64,000 nt of DNA from Bacillota bacterium (GCA_021850485.1 JAJZLY010000025.1:114249-178248); one strand, 5' to 3'; shown: positions 55,795-64,000, counted from the first letter of the stretch. The notes: generated from the letters alone by a model not told the origin. Program-made: numbers and translations.

Positions 55795-57533
55795 CCGAAC
55801 ACAGCAGCTCGGTCACCGATTCCATACGCCTCGACGGCAGCACTGGTCGCAGCCTGGGCATCGCGGGCTTGAAATGCATGGCGCAGCCGTTCGTTCAGCG
55901 AGGGGGCGAGAGAGGCGGGATCGGGAACGCGAATCCGTCGGAGGTATTGCGCCTGAAAACGTAAGGTTCCACCGCGCATTTTCACGCAGTATGCCTCGAT
56001 GAACAGTTCTGCGACCTTGGATAGAAGTAGTCCGCCAAGTACCTCCAGGTCCCAAAGGTCGGAGGTCAAGTAGTAGAGGTTGTGGTGAGGGTAGGTCTTT
56101 CCAACGTCGAGCGTCGGATTGCTCATGAGCTTCATGTCAGGGAAGTAGAGTTTGTCTTGTCGGATCAGTCGGTGGTTGACCCGGTCAATCGTCCGGTACC
56201 AGTTCTTCGCCTTGTTTCGAACGATGTGCCGCCGCTCTAAAGCGTCACGTCGCGCCTCCAGATACTGCCGCAACCTTGGGTAGACATCGAGATCGACAAG
56301 GTTGCCGTTCGCTTGCCAGGGATTCACAAGGTAGTGGCCCGACCAATTCACCACTCCGCCTCGGGTGTCTTCGGACATGGCGAGGGGGAGCAATCGCTCA
56401 GGCTCGACCACACTTGCGTCCTGGGTAACATAGACACGGTCGGCTCCCGTTGCCACCCCGATGCCGACCTTGGTGCCCGTGTACTCATCCTCCAAAGGAC
56501 GGTACCGCTCCTCCAGATGGCGGAGTAGCTCGAGTCGATGCGACTGGAGCGACGGCCAGGGACTGCTGCCCTTAACCCAGTCGGCAACCCTTGTCGCGGA
56601 AAAACCTGGCACGTCACCTTGTCCCCGATCGGCCAAATCAATGACACCATCCGCAAGGTTCCTGCCGCCTGGCGCTGGCCCGGCGGTCGCTCCGCCACTG
56701 GCAACGAGGGTACTGCCTTGCGGGGCTCGCCTGATGGTGATTACAGCCGGGTAGGCTGACACGTTCTCCTCGAAGGCGGGCGCCTCGTGCATCTCGATGA
56801 CCGCCTCCATGCTGTACCCGGCAGAGATGAGGCGCCGGAGCTCAACACCATATGCACTCCTCATCCACCTGTCAGCACAGATGAAACCAAGTGCCCCGCC
56901 TTGCCTCAACTGACGGAGCCCCGCTTCAAAGAACCCGATGTAGATGTCGCCTCTGCCAATCATCGTCGGGAGTACTCGTCGATAGCGAGCGAACACACCA
57001 GCTGGGAGATCGTCGTATCGGATATACGGTGGATTGCCAACGACGAAGTCAGCACTGCGATCCTTCGAAGCGTTCAATAGATAGTCTCCGGTTGTCACCC
57101 AACCTTCAGCAACCTCATGCGCCTGACGCGCCGGTGCGCCGTGTTTGAGTAACTCCCTCGTCGCTAGATCAACCAGCCGACGCGCTGCGGAAGCATCAAT
57201 CTCATAGGCATGGAGTGCATGCTCCACGTCGGTCAACTGGTGACCATGGGCCTCGAGAGAGACAAGGAGCCGCCGGATCATCGGTAGAAGAAATGCCCCT
57301 TCTCCAGCCGCTGGCTCCACGGCGTATCGCTCTGCGAGGTCGTGAGACGATCGGTAGCCAACTAGGTCGAGAATCAGGTCAACGACCCACGGCTTGGTGT
57401 ACACAACGCCCCTTAGGTCTCTAGCCGGGGCTAGAGCCGCCTGGGACCTGTGGTTGCCCGGGCCATCTCCGAAGAGATCGCGGTCTGGCTCCGCCAAGGC
57501 AATATGGGCCGCTGTCTCCACTGCGCCTATCAC
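55788..57533 (-). CDS. N6-adenine DNA methyltransferase (gamma class, Eco57I/TaqI-like)
   Basis: 581 aa. AdoMet motif VEPAAGEGAF followed by the catalytic FVVGNPPYIRY, then a large target-recognition region. Paired with the endonuclease. Confidence 0.8.
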   Translation of the reverse strand: MIGAVETAAHIALAEPDRDLFGDGPGNHRSQAALAPARDLRGVVYTKPWVVDLILDLVGYRSSHDLAERYAVEPAAGEGAFLLPMIRRLLVSLEAHGHQLTDVEHALHAYEIDASAARRLVDLATRELLKHGAPARQAHEVAEGWVTTGDYLLNASKDRSADFVVGNPPYIRYDDLPAGVFARYRRVLPTMIGRGDIYIGFFEAGLRQLRQGGALGFICADRWMRSAYGVELRRLISAGYSMEAVIEMHEAPAFEENVSAYPAVITIRRAPQGSTLVASGGATAGPAPGGRNLADGVIDLADRGQGDVPGFSATRVADWVKGSSPWPSLQSHRLELLRHLEERYRPLEDEYTGTKVGIGVATGADRVYVTQDASVVEPERLLPLAMSEDTRGGVVNWSGHYLVNPWQANGNLVDLDVYPRLRQYLEARRDALERRHIVRNKAKNWYRTIDRVNHRLIRQDKLYFPDMKLMSNPTLDVGKTYPHHNLYYLTSDLWDLEVLGGLLLSKVAELFIEAYCVKMRGGTLRFQAQYLRRIRVPDPASLAPSLNERLRHAFQARDAQAATSAAVEAYGIGDRAAVFGC

Positions 57534-57741
57534 CCCGATCCGCCGTCATCAGAAGCATTCAAAGATCTGGGCGACCTTTTCTGGGAACCAGGTGTGGCCC
57601 TTTCCAAGATAGCGCGTTCCACAAGTACCAGCCGATCGCCTGCCAGCCAGACCTTCTGTCACATCCTCGAGGTAACCACACTGATATCGACCAGAGGTGA
57701 CTCAACGGGTCCGGACTTTCTGACGACATGGTGACGTCGGC

Positions 57742-58512
57742 TTAGTCCGTTTGCGCTGGGGTTGCTCCCGCCAGTTCCCGCTGCATTGCCTTCTTGAGCT
57801 TCTCTAGGTCATCGGCGATTCCGACCTCCAGCCGCTGTCTCTCCTCATACCCGCTGGTGCCGTTGTATTGCTCAAACCGACTGCTGGCCAGGTATCGTCC
57901 CATGTGCACGCTTATTGCGCGACAGATCTCGTCGACATCGTGAGAAAGAAACAGGCCAGAGCGCAGGCAAAGGTTGCGAGCCTGCTCGAAGGCTCGCCGC
58001 GCCTCCAACTTCTGGCGTTCACGCAGAAGGATCTGGAGCTTAGACTGAACCGCTCTAGGAAGTGGCTTGGCCCAACACGCACAGACCTGCTCGCGCTCCC
58101 TCTTGGAGATACCACGTTCCCGAAGATAGATCTCCGCCTCTTCAGCAGACAGAACGGAGAAATCCGGGTATTCGACGAAGCCGTAGAGGCCCATCATGAG
58201 CGACTGTGCCTCCAGGAATGTGCGGTAAATTGCCGGATAGTTCGCGTGGCGCTCGGCCGTGAATAGGCCAAAGTCCTTGAGGCGCTTCTGGTACTCAAAG
58301 TCCAAGGTCATCTCGAGGACAGAAACTTGCTTTCTGAGTTCCGCCTCGAACGCTGCCTGAGAGAGATCTAGCCGATGTTTGTACGCCTCAAGCTTCTTGT
58401 CAAATAGGCTATCTACCGCGGCAAGGGCCGTAGCTCTAAAGAGCAGGAGCCCAAGCGCGGCCAGAATACTGACTCCACCGAGGTAACTGAGGATAGTCTG
58501 AGCCACGTTCAT
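57742..58512 (-). CDS. Hypothetical membrane-anchored coiled-coil protein (256 aa)
   Basis: N-terminal TM (ILSYLGGVSILAALGLLLF), then charged helical and coiled-coil segments. No motif I recognise. Lower-GC block. Confidence 0.5.
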   Translation of the reverse strand: MNVAQTILSYLGGVSILAALGLLLFRATALAAVDSLFDKKLEAYKHRLDLSQAAFEAELRKQVSVLEMTLDFEYQKRLKDFGLFTAERHANYPAIYRTFLEAQSLMMGLYGFVEYPDFSVLSAEEAEIYLRERGISKREREQVCACWAKPLPRAVQSKLQILLRERQKLEARRAFEQARNLCLRSGLFLSHDVDEICRAISVHMGRYLASSRFEQYNGTSGYEERQRLEVGIADDLEKLKKAMQRELAGATPAQTD

Positions 58513-58633
58513 CTTGGAATCGTTCGCCGCAGAGCGCTATTCCCCCGTCGGGTCGTCTCGGCACCAGACAGGGCTGAGACTTAATATCGGTGCCTCGCTT
58601 GTGCCTGCCGCCGAGGCTGGGTTGCAGCGTTGG

Positions 58634-59569
58634 TTACCGACCCCTCCCTATCGCCGCCACTGGCTCAGGGCTTCGCACCTGCTGAATCTCGTTCTCCTTC
58701 ATCTGTTTGAGCTCCACCCGGTTGATGATCGTCTGGGCCGCCTTCTGGATGGTCGCCCCAACTCGCTTCACGATCTTCGGCCCTTCCTCGCCGCTCCAGT
58801 CGGCCACATAGCCGAAGGTGTAGTCCGAGGTGTCGATCCCGAAGTGCTCGCAGACCACGAACGCCGTGCCTTCGGCCTCAGCCTCCTCGATGGCTCTGTC
58901 TCTCTTCGCGCCAGGCATTCCGTGCCCGCACCAGTGATGCGCCAGTTCGTGACAAAGTGTTTTCGCTGTCTGGTCGGCTGCCAGGCTCTTTGCTAGAACG
59001 ATGGTCTGGGTGGTGCGTTGGTAATAGCCCTTGGCACCGCGCAGCTCTGACGGGTCTCGGTAGACGACCCGCAGGCCCTCATGTTCGGCCGCCAGAACCA
59101 GCCGACCAAGAAGCAGCCGTGCCTCCTCGCTGTTGCCGGTGAGGTCACGGGCAGGGTGCTCGGGCAGACCTTTCCCTTCTGTCTGGGTCCAGTCCCATAC
59201 ATAACCCACCTTGAAGAAAACCGGCTCCCGCTTGGCTGTTTTCGTCTCCGCGGGCTCTACCGAATCGGCGGTAGACCGTGTTTGGTCCGACGGGCCTTTG
59301 CGGGGGAAGATCGGGACCAGGATCTGGATGCCGTGCTCGCCCTTCTTCACATGGCGGTCAAGAGCCAGCCACGAATGGTAGCCAGCAATTTTCGTGGCAT
59401 TGGGGAACTGAGACAGCACCAGAAGCACGTTTCCCAAACTGTACCCGTGCAGTTTGGCCTGGGCCTTCAGCAGCCGTCTCCACTCGTCTGACGACTGGAT
59501 GGCACTCACTCCGTCCTCCAGCCTCTTGAGCAGCTCCTTGACGTCTGTTGCCAACAGGATCACCCCCAC
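58634..59569 (-). CDS. ArdC-like protein: ssDNA-binding N-domain plus HExxH metalloprotease domain
   Basis: LHGYSLGNVLLVLSQ...IAGYHSWLALDRHVKKGEHGIQILVPIF resembles the ArdC/DUF1738 N-domain. LCHELAHHWCGHG is a zincin HExxH. GTG 59569 follows GGAGG. The longer form overlaps the upstream ORF. Confidence 0.6.
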   Translation of the reverse strand: MGVILLATDVKELLKRLEDGVSAIQSSDEWRRLLKAQAKLHGYSLGNVLLVLSQFPNATKIAGYHSWLALDRHVKKGEHGIQILVPIFPRKGPSDQTRSTADSVEPAETKTAKREPVFFKVGYVWDWTQTEGKGLPEHPARDLTGNSEEARLLLGRLVLAAEHEGLRVVYRDPSELRGAKGYYQRTTQTIVLAKSLAADQTAKTLCHELAHHWCGHGMPGAKRDRAIEEAEAEGTAFVVCEHFGIDTSDYTFGYVADWSGEEGPKIVKRVGATIQKAAQTIINRVELKQMKENEIQQVRSPEPVAAIGRGR

Positions 59570-59609
59570 AAGAAAAAGGGATCGCCTCCGAAGAGGCGAC
59601 CCCTTGGTC

Positions 59610-59933
59610 CTACCGATCCACCTGCAGCGAGCCACCCCGGCTGATGGCCTTCTTGACCACCCGCTCCTGCTCGACCCGGTCCCGGTTGAACTGGTCACGG
59701 ATCAGCTTGGCTGCCCCGACGAAGATTTCAGCCTGGCCTGCATTGCCGACGAAGCCCTGGTCGATGGCCTCTTTTTCGCTGATCACCGTTTCCCCGTAGT
59801 GGCCGAGCGCCCAGGCGGCGCCGTCCTGTAGCGGACCTGCCTCCCGTTCCGGCAGGATTCCCGCCACCTCCGCCAGGGTCTCCCGGACGGCTGTCAGTCG
59901 TGGACTGAGGCCGAGACTAGTTCTCGTCTCCAT
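59610..59933 (-). CDS. Hypothetical protein (107 aa)
   Basis: ATG 59933 preceded by a strong GGAAAGGGGAGAGGAGA RBS region. No motif. Confidence 0.45.
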   Translation of the reverse strand: METRTSLGLSPRLTAVRETLAEVAGILPEREAGPLQDGAAWALGHYGETVISEKEAIDQGFVGNAGQAEIFVGAAKLIRDQFNRDRVEQERVVKKAISRGGSLQVDR

Positions 59934-60022
59934 CGTCTCCTCTCCCCTTTCCGCCGGCGCTGCCAGCAACCAGAAGGCCCCGCCCCGGCGCATGGCCGGG
60001 ACGGGGCCCCTGTTCGCCCGGT

Positions 60023-60220
60023 TCACCTCTCCTGCAGGTCCTTGAGCAGCAGGGACATGCCATGCCGCAGCTGCAACAGAGCGTCCATCGCCTCGCCGGC
60101 GCCAGGGAGGCTGGCCCGCCTGCAGGCGGCGACATAGATCTCCACCTGATCCACCAGGCGGTAGGCCGCCCTCCAGTCGTCGGGCTCTGGCAGCGGCTCA
60201 CGTGCCTTCATGATCAGCAC
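60023..60220 (-). CDS. Hypothetical small protein (65 aa)
   Basis: Tightly packed, starting 3 nt after the SpoVG-like stop. No motif. Confidence 0.35.
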   Translation of the reverse strand: MLIMKAREPLPEPDDWRAAYRLVDQVEIYVAACRRASLPGAGEAMDALLQLRHGMSLLLKDLQER

Positions 60221-60223
60221 GGA

Positions 60224-60565
60224 CTATCTCCCCCTTTCCAGACCAACCCGGGTCTCATGCAGCGCTGCGGACGCCTTCACCACCCGCTCGACCCGATCGA
60301 TCAGCATCTGGGTGTACTGGGCCAGCACCAAGGCGGCCACCCGATCGTTGACCGCCGCGGTGACTGGGAAGGCAATCGCCTGCCATGTCCCTTGGGCGTC
60401 CCGTCTTACCGGCCAGCTCACGAACAGTGAGTCCTTGCCCTCTTGGTGCCGGGCCATCACCCGCACGCCCTTGACCAGGAACTCGCCGCCCAGCTCGAGA
60501 TCGCAGACCGCCAGAACGGAGCTGTCATCACGGGGCACGTGCATGTCCTTGACCTGTACATTCAT
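60224..60565 (-). CDS. spoVG: SpoVG family protein (element-borne)
   Basis: 113 aa. LAVCDLELGGEFLVKGVRVM...SLFVSWPVRR...WQAIAFPVTAAVNDRV parallels the SpoVG core (ASITLD.EFVVHDIRVI...LFVAMPSKR...FRDIAHPI). Confidence 0.6.
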   Translation of the reverse strand: MNVQVKDMHVPRDDSSVLAVCDLELGGEFLVKGVRVMARHQEGKDSLFVSWPVRRDAQGTWQAIAFPVTAAVNDRVAALVLAQYTQMLIDRVERVVKASAALHETRVGLERGR

Positions 60566-60607
60566 GGTCCTTGCCTCCCTTGTGCCGGTGGTGCCGGCAA
60601 CTGGATT

Positions 60608-60708
60608 TGATCAACTAAAGCGGAGCCAGTTCAGGGCTTGTGATCACGCAAAATGGAGCCACCTGTGGGCGGCTGTGGCCAGATGCGATCACTCAAAACG
60701 GAGCCAGT
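60608..60708 (+). repeat. Three direct subterminal repeats, consensus GATCAC-N-AAA-NGGAGCCA
   Basis: TGATCAACTAAAGCGGAGCCAGT (60608-60630), TGATCACGCAAAATGGAGCCACC (60641-60663), GATCACTCAAAACGGAGCCAGT (60687-60708). Multiple terminal repeats are typical of IS21-family ends. Confidence 0.75.
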
Positions 60709-60769
60709 GCAGACCTCTCCGCCGGTACACTCGGGTGACTGAACACCGAGCGACTGGGGGAAGAAGGAG

Positions 60770-62283
60770 ATGCGCAAGATGGCCGACATGGAGTTCATTC
60801 GCAGGCTGCAGGTTGCAGAAGGGTGGAGCGAGCGCCGGATTGCCAGGGAGTTCGGCTACGGGCGGAACACGGTCCACAAACTGCTGGACCGCAGCCAGCC
60901 GACCACGGCGCCGGTCTATAGGCGCAGCAAGCCGGTGCGGGCTCCCAAGATGGACCGCTACCGGGAGATCATCGACAGCTGGCTGATCGCGGACCAGGCT
61001 GCACCCCGCAAGCAGCGGCACACCGCCCACCGCATCCACGATCGCCTGGTCAGCGAGTACGACGCCACCGACTTGGCCGAATCCTCCGTCCGCCGCTACG
61101 TCCGACAGCGGCGTGAGCTGGTGGCGCCCAAGGCTGCCCCTGCCTTCCTTCACCTGGAGTTCGGGCCCGGCCAGGTGGCCCAGGTGGACTGGGGCGAGGC
61201 GACGGTGAAGCTGGCGGGGCGCCAGGTGACGGTCTGGATGTTCTGCATGCGCCTTTGCCACTCGACCAAGCCGTTCGTCGCCGTGTACCCGCACGGTCGC
61301 ATGGAGTGCTTTCTGGAAGGCCACATCCAGGCGTTCGCCTGGTTCGGGGGCATCCCCGCCGAAATTATCTACGACAACCTCGGCTCCGCCGTGCAGCGCG
61401 TCCTCAGCCGGCGCGGCCGGCTGCTCAACGCCGCCTTCCAGGCCTTCGTCGCCCACTACCTGTTCAAGCCGGTGTTCGCCAACCTGGCCGCCGGCTGGGA
61501 GAAGGGGCTGGTCGAGGGGTTGGTCGGCACCGCCCGCCGCAACTATCTGGTGCCCGTCCCGGACGTGTCCTGCCTGCAGGAAGTGAACACCCATCTACGC
61601 CATGGCATCGACCGAGACGCCGATCACGTGGTGCCGGAACGCGACGGCCGCTCGGTGCGCGAACTGTTCGCCGAGGACCGGCAGGGTCTGATCGCCCTTC
61701 CCCCAAGCGTCTTTCCCGCTTGCACCCGGCACAGTGGCACGTCTCGCATCAGTGCACCGTGCGTCATCAGCAGGTGCAGTATTCCGTTCCGGCCCAGCTG
61801 GTCGGACGCGACCTCGAACTGCGCGCCTTCAGCGATCACATCGATATCCACGACCGGGCCCGGCTGGTGGCCAGCCACCACCTGGGCACGCCCGGCCAGA
61901 CCCCGGTGCTGGAGCTCGACCACTACCTGGACGTGCTGATGCGCAAGCCGGGCGGCGTGCGCCACGCCCGGGTGGTGAACCAGCTGGGGGCAGAGGCAAC
62001 CGCCTACCGCGACGCCTTTCTCAGCCACAACCCGGACGCCTACGGCGGCTTCGTCCAGATTCTTCTGCTCTGCCGCCGCTACACCCGAGAGGCTGTCCTG
62101 GCCGGCATCGCCCAGGCCCGTGCCGAGCGCATCTACGATGTGGCCAGGGTGGAGGCCCTGATCGCCAAGGCGCTCGGCCAACCCACGGCGGTGATTATGG
62201 CTGTGCCCTCTGGCCCGGTCGTCCGCCAGCCCGCACTTGAAGCCTACGACTCCCTGCTGCCGGCGGCGGGGGTGGTGGCGTGA
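60770..62283 (+). pseudogene. istA: IS21-family transposase IstA, interrupted by a frameshift near 61715-61740
   Basis: The N-terminal HTH and DDE region (QVDWGEATV..., IIYDNLGSAV) read in the frame of 60770. The conserved C-terminal part (...VQYSVPAQLVGRDLELRAF...) continues in the frame of ORF 61255-62283. A frame switch around FPAC/TRH is needed. Confidence 0.7.
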
Positions 62284-63083
62284 GCACTCGCAAGACAGAT
62301 CCGATCGCCGTCCAGGACGCCATCCGGGAGACCGCCATCGACGGCCAGCTGCGTCTGCTCAAGATGCCCGGCGCCCTCCGCCACTACCGCGACCTCACCC
62401 GCCAGGCTCGCACCGGCAGCGACGACCCGCTCACCTACCTGCAGTCGGTGCTAGCCGTGGAGCTGGACAGCCGCCGCCAGAACCAGATCGCCCAGCGCCT
62501 GCGCGATGCCCGTTTCCCCTACCCCAAGGATCTCGACGGCTTCGACTTCACGGCCGCCCCATCGATCAGCCGCCAACAGATCCTCGAACTCGCCGGCGGC
62601 CGCTTCGTGGCGGAACGGGAGGGAGTGATCTTCATCGGCCCCAGTGGAACGGGAAAGAGCCACCTGGCCATCGCCATCGGCCGGGCCGTGATCTACGGCG
62701 GCTACCGCAGCCGCTTCACCACGGCGACCCTGTTGATGAACGAGCTGCTGGCCGCCCAGACCGAGCGCACGTTGATCCGCTACTTCAAGATGTGGTCGCG
62801 CTACGACTTGGTGGTGGTGGACGAGATCGGCTACGTGCCGTTCTCCCAGGACGGGGCCCGGCTGCTCTTCCAGTTCTTCTCCGAGCTGTGCGAACGGCGC
62901 TCATTGTTGCTCACCACCAACTTGGAGTTTTCGCGCTGGGTGGACGTGTTCGGCGACGCCGGGATGACCGCCGCCCTCTTGGACCGCCTCACCTACCGGG
63001 CCCACATCGTGGCCACCGAGGGAGAGAGCTACCGGCTCAGGCAGGCCCAGGCCCGCAAGGCGGCGGCAGCGGGCCAGCTATGA
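62280..63083 (+). CDS. istB: IS21-family helper ATPase IstB
   Basis: 267 aa, FIGPSGTGKSHLAIAIG Walker A and DLVVVDEIGY Walker B. Confidence 0.9.
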   Translation: MSTRKTDPIAVQDAIRETAIDGQLRLLKMPGALRHYRDLTRQARTGSDDPLTYLQSVLAVELDSRRQNQIAQRLRDARFPYPKDLDGFDFTAAPSISRQQILELAGGRFVAEREGVIFIGPSGTGKSHLAIAIGRAVIYGGYRSRFTTATLLMNELLAAQTERTLIRYFKMWSRYDLVVVDEIGYVPFSQDGARLLFQFFSELCERRSLLLTTNLEFSRWVDVFGDAGMTAALLDRLTYRAHIVATEGESYRLRQAQARKAAAAGQL

Positions 63084-63295
63084 TGGCGGGGCACGCCAGG
63101 GCGTCTATTGGTATGGGCCTATACCCATCGGCCCACAGAGGGAACCAGTGACAGCCGCATGCTGCGCTGGACGGTGCACCTGACGGCCCAGGAGTTCACC
63201 CTGCTGGAGGTTGTAGGCAGCCAGTGGCGAGGCCAGAGCCGGGCCGACCTCCTGATCGATCTGGTCGAGTGGCTGGTCACGGACGACTCCTGGGA

Positions 63296-63625
63296 GCGGG
63301 CCGCCGACCGGCCCGACCCCCTTCACCTGCTTGCCGCCCAGGCTGATCACCGTGGTGTCTTGCACGGCCAGCACCACCCTTGGCGCCCTGACCCCGCTGC
63401 AGGGGGGCCGGGTGGTGGGGGCAACCACCCGCTGGGCCGTCACCTTGTCGTTGTCCAGAAACCGGTAGGCCGCCTTGGTGTCGCCCCACGACTGCATGGC
63501 GAGGGGCAGAGAGCCCTCCGGCTTCTCGGCCAGGGCCGTGGCCATGCGCACCACCCGCTGGCCGAAGCGGAGATCGCCGAAAGAGGCGGTGGAGACCTCG
63601 CCGTGCCGCCCAGCTCACGAGCCTC
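63296..63625 (-). pseudogene. Tn5/IS4-like transposase, N-terminal fragment only
   Basis: FGDLRFGQRVVRMATALAEKPEGSLPLAMQSWGDTKAAYRFLDNDKVT...VLAVQDTT aligns by eye with the Tn5 Tnp N-terminal DNA-binding region through the first catalytic DTT. An upstream in-frame TGA is present. Similarity is lost after about 63296. Confidence 0.55.
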
Positions 63626-64000
63626 ACCTCCCAATCCCCTGCTCAGAGCAGGACTACGAGGCGGAGCAGGCCACCTTCTTAGCTCACTACATCTCGGACA
63701 TGTTAGTTGTCCCCAAGTGGTCGGGAGATGTGGGTAAGAGAGAGTCTGAAGGGAGAGCGATTTAACACCCCGACTGTCGCACCCTGCAAGGGCTCAGGAT
63801 ACACTGGTCCACTTTTACTTGACGTTTACCATGCGGACCATGAATTCCACTGGGAATACCCAAAATGTGTACGAATGGTGAGTGGCGCGGTCAAGATTTT
63901 AAGTATGAGGAAGGAAGGCGCGTCGTGATTACAGAACGTTGACGCAACATCAAAGACTGCTGAGGCTGAAACCTAGGTACGACGGTCGTGTACGGTCGCC

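Larger units (their letters stand above)
60608..63083 (+). mobile_element. IS21-family insertion sequence (istA-istB); right terminus not identified
   Basis: istA/istB gene pair with a 4-nt overlap and three left-end subterminal repeats. No inverted copy of the left-end repeat was seen downstream of istB. Confidence 0.75.
46031..64000. mobile_element. Integrated mosaic genetic element (prophage remnant or integrative/mobilisable element) at the 3' end of tRNA-Ala; right boundary not found in window
   Basis: The tyrosine integrase ends 93 nt after the tRNA. The region also holds xis, a cI/Cro-like pair, a Rep-like HTH protein, ArdC-like and SpoVG-like genes, R-M and nucleotidyltransferase modules, and IS elements. 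Core synteny stops at the tRNA and composition is patchy. Confidence 0.6.

Noticed and set aside
60689-61594. 301-aa minus-strand ORF
   Set aside because: Antisense to the clearly recognisable IS21 istA gene.
63108-63737. 209-aa plus-strand ORF
   Set aside because: Only the first ~50 aa (RHH-like) look protein-like. The rest is the antisense shadow of the Tn5-like transposase fragment.
1-64000. CRISPR arrays, rRNA genes, additional tRNAs
   Set aside because: No regularly spaced direct repeats or rRNA-like segments were noticed on reading. Only the single tRNA-Ala could be folded. A proper scan (tRNAscan, CRISPR finder) was not possible here.

Overview
High-GC (by eye roughly 65-70%) bacterial chromosome segment. 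Almost all core genes lie on the minus strand, in an order that matches the Bacillus subtilis map. Read along the minus strand: mraZ-rsmH-ftsL-murE-murF-mraY-ftsW-murG-murB-ftsQ-ftsZ, then pgeF-yggS-sepF-yggT-divIVA, then a T-box-controlled ileS-lspA-rluD, then pyrR-pyrB-pyrC-carA-carB-pyrK-pyrD-pyrF-pyrE. These are followed by a thioesterase/thiolase/hbd cluster, nfo, an rqcH-like gene (plus strand), an ABC transporter, peptidases, miaB, mug and an EamA transporter. The synteny, plus SpoIIM-, SpoVG- and AbrB-type genes, suggests a high-GC member of the Bacillota (inference only). At 45955-46030 there is a tRNA-Ala(CGC), immediately followed by a tyrosine integrase. From there to the window end the content is accessory and mosaic. 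It holds an int/xis module, a divergent XRE-type (cI/Cro-like) pair, an AbrB-type regulator, a stand-alone EAL phosphodiesterase and an HTH replication-type protein. A visibly lower-GC block (about 52.0-58.6 kb) follows, then ArdC-like and SpoVG-like genes, an IS21-family element with a frameshifted istA, and a Tn5/IS4-like transposase fragment. The lower-GC block is a co-directional array: unknown membrane protein, XhoI/PaeR7I-like type II R-M pair, SLATT two-TM protein, and two tandem SMODS/CD-NTase-like nucleotidyltransferases. The SLATT plus double-nucleotidyltransferase module, apparently in one operon with the R-M pair, is the best candidate for an under-described defence system. All calls rest on motif recognition, ORF geometry and RBS/start inspection. 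No homology search was run.
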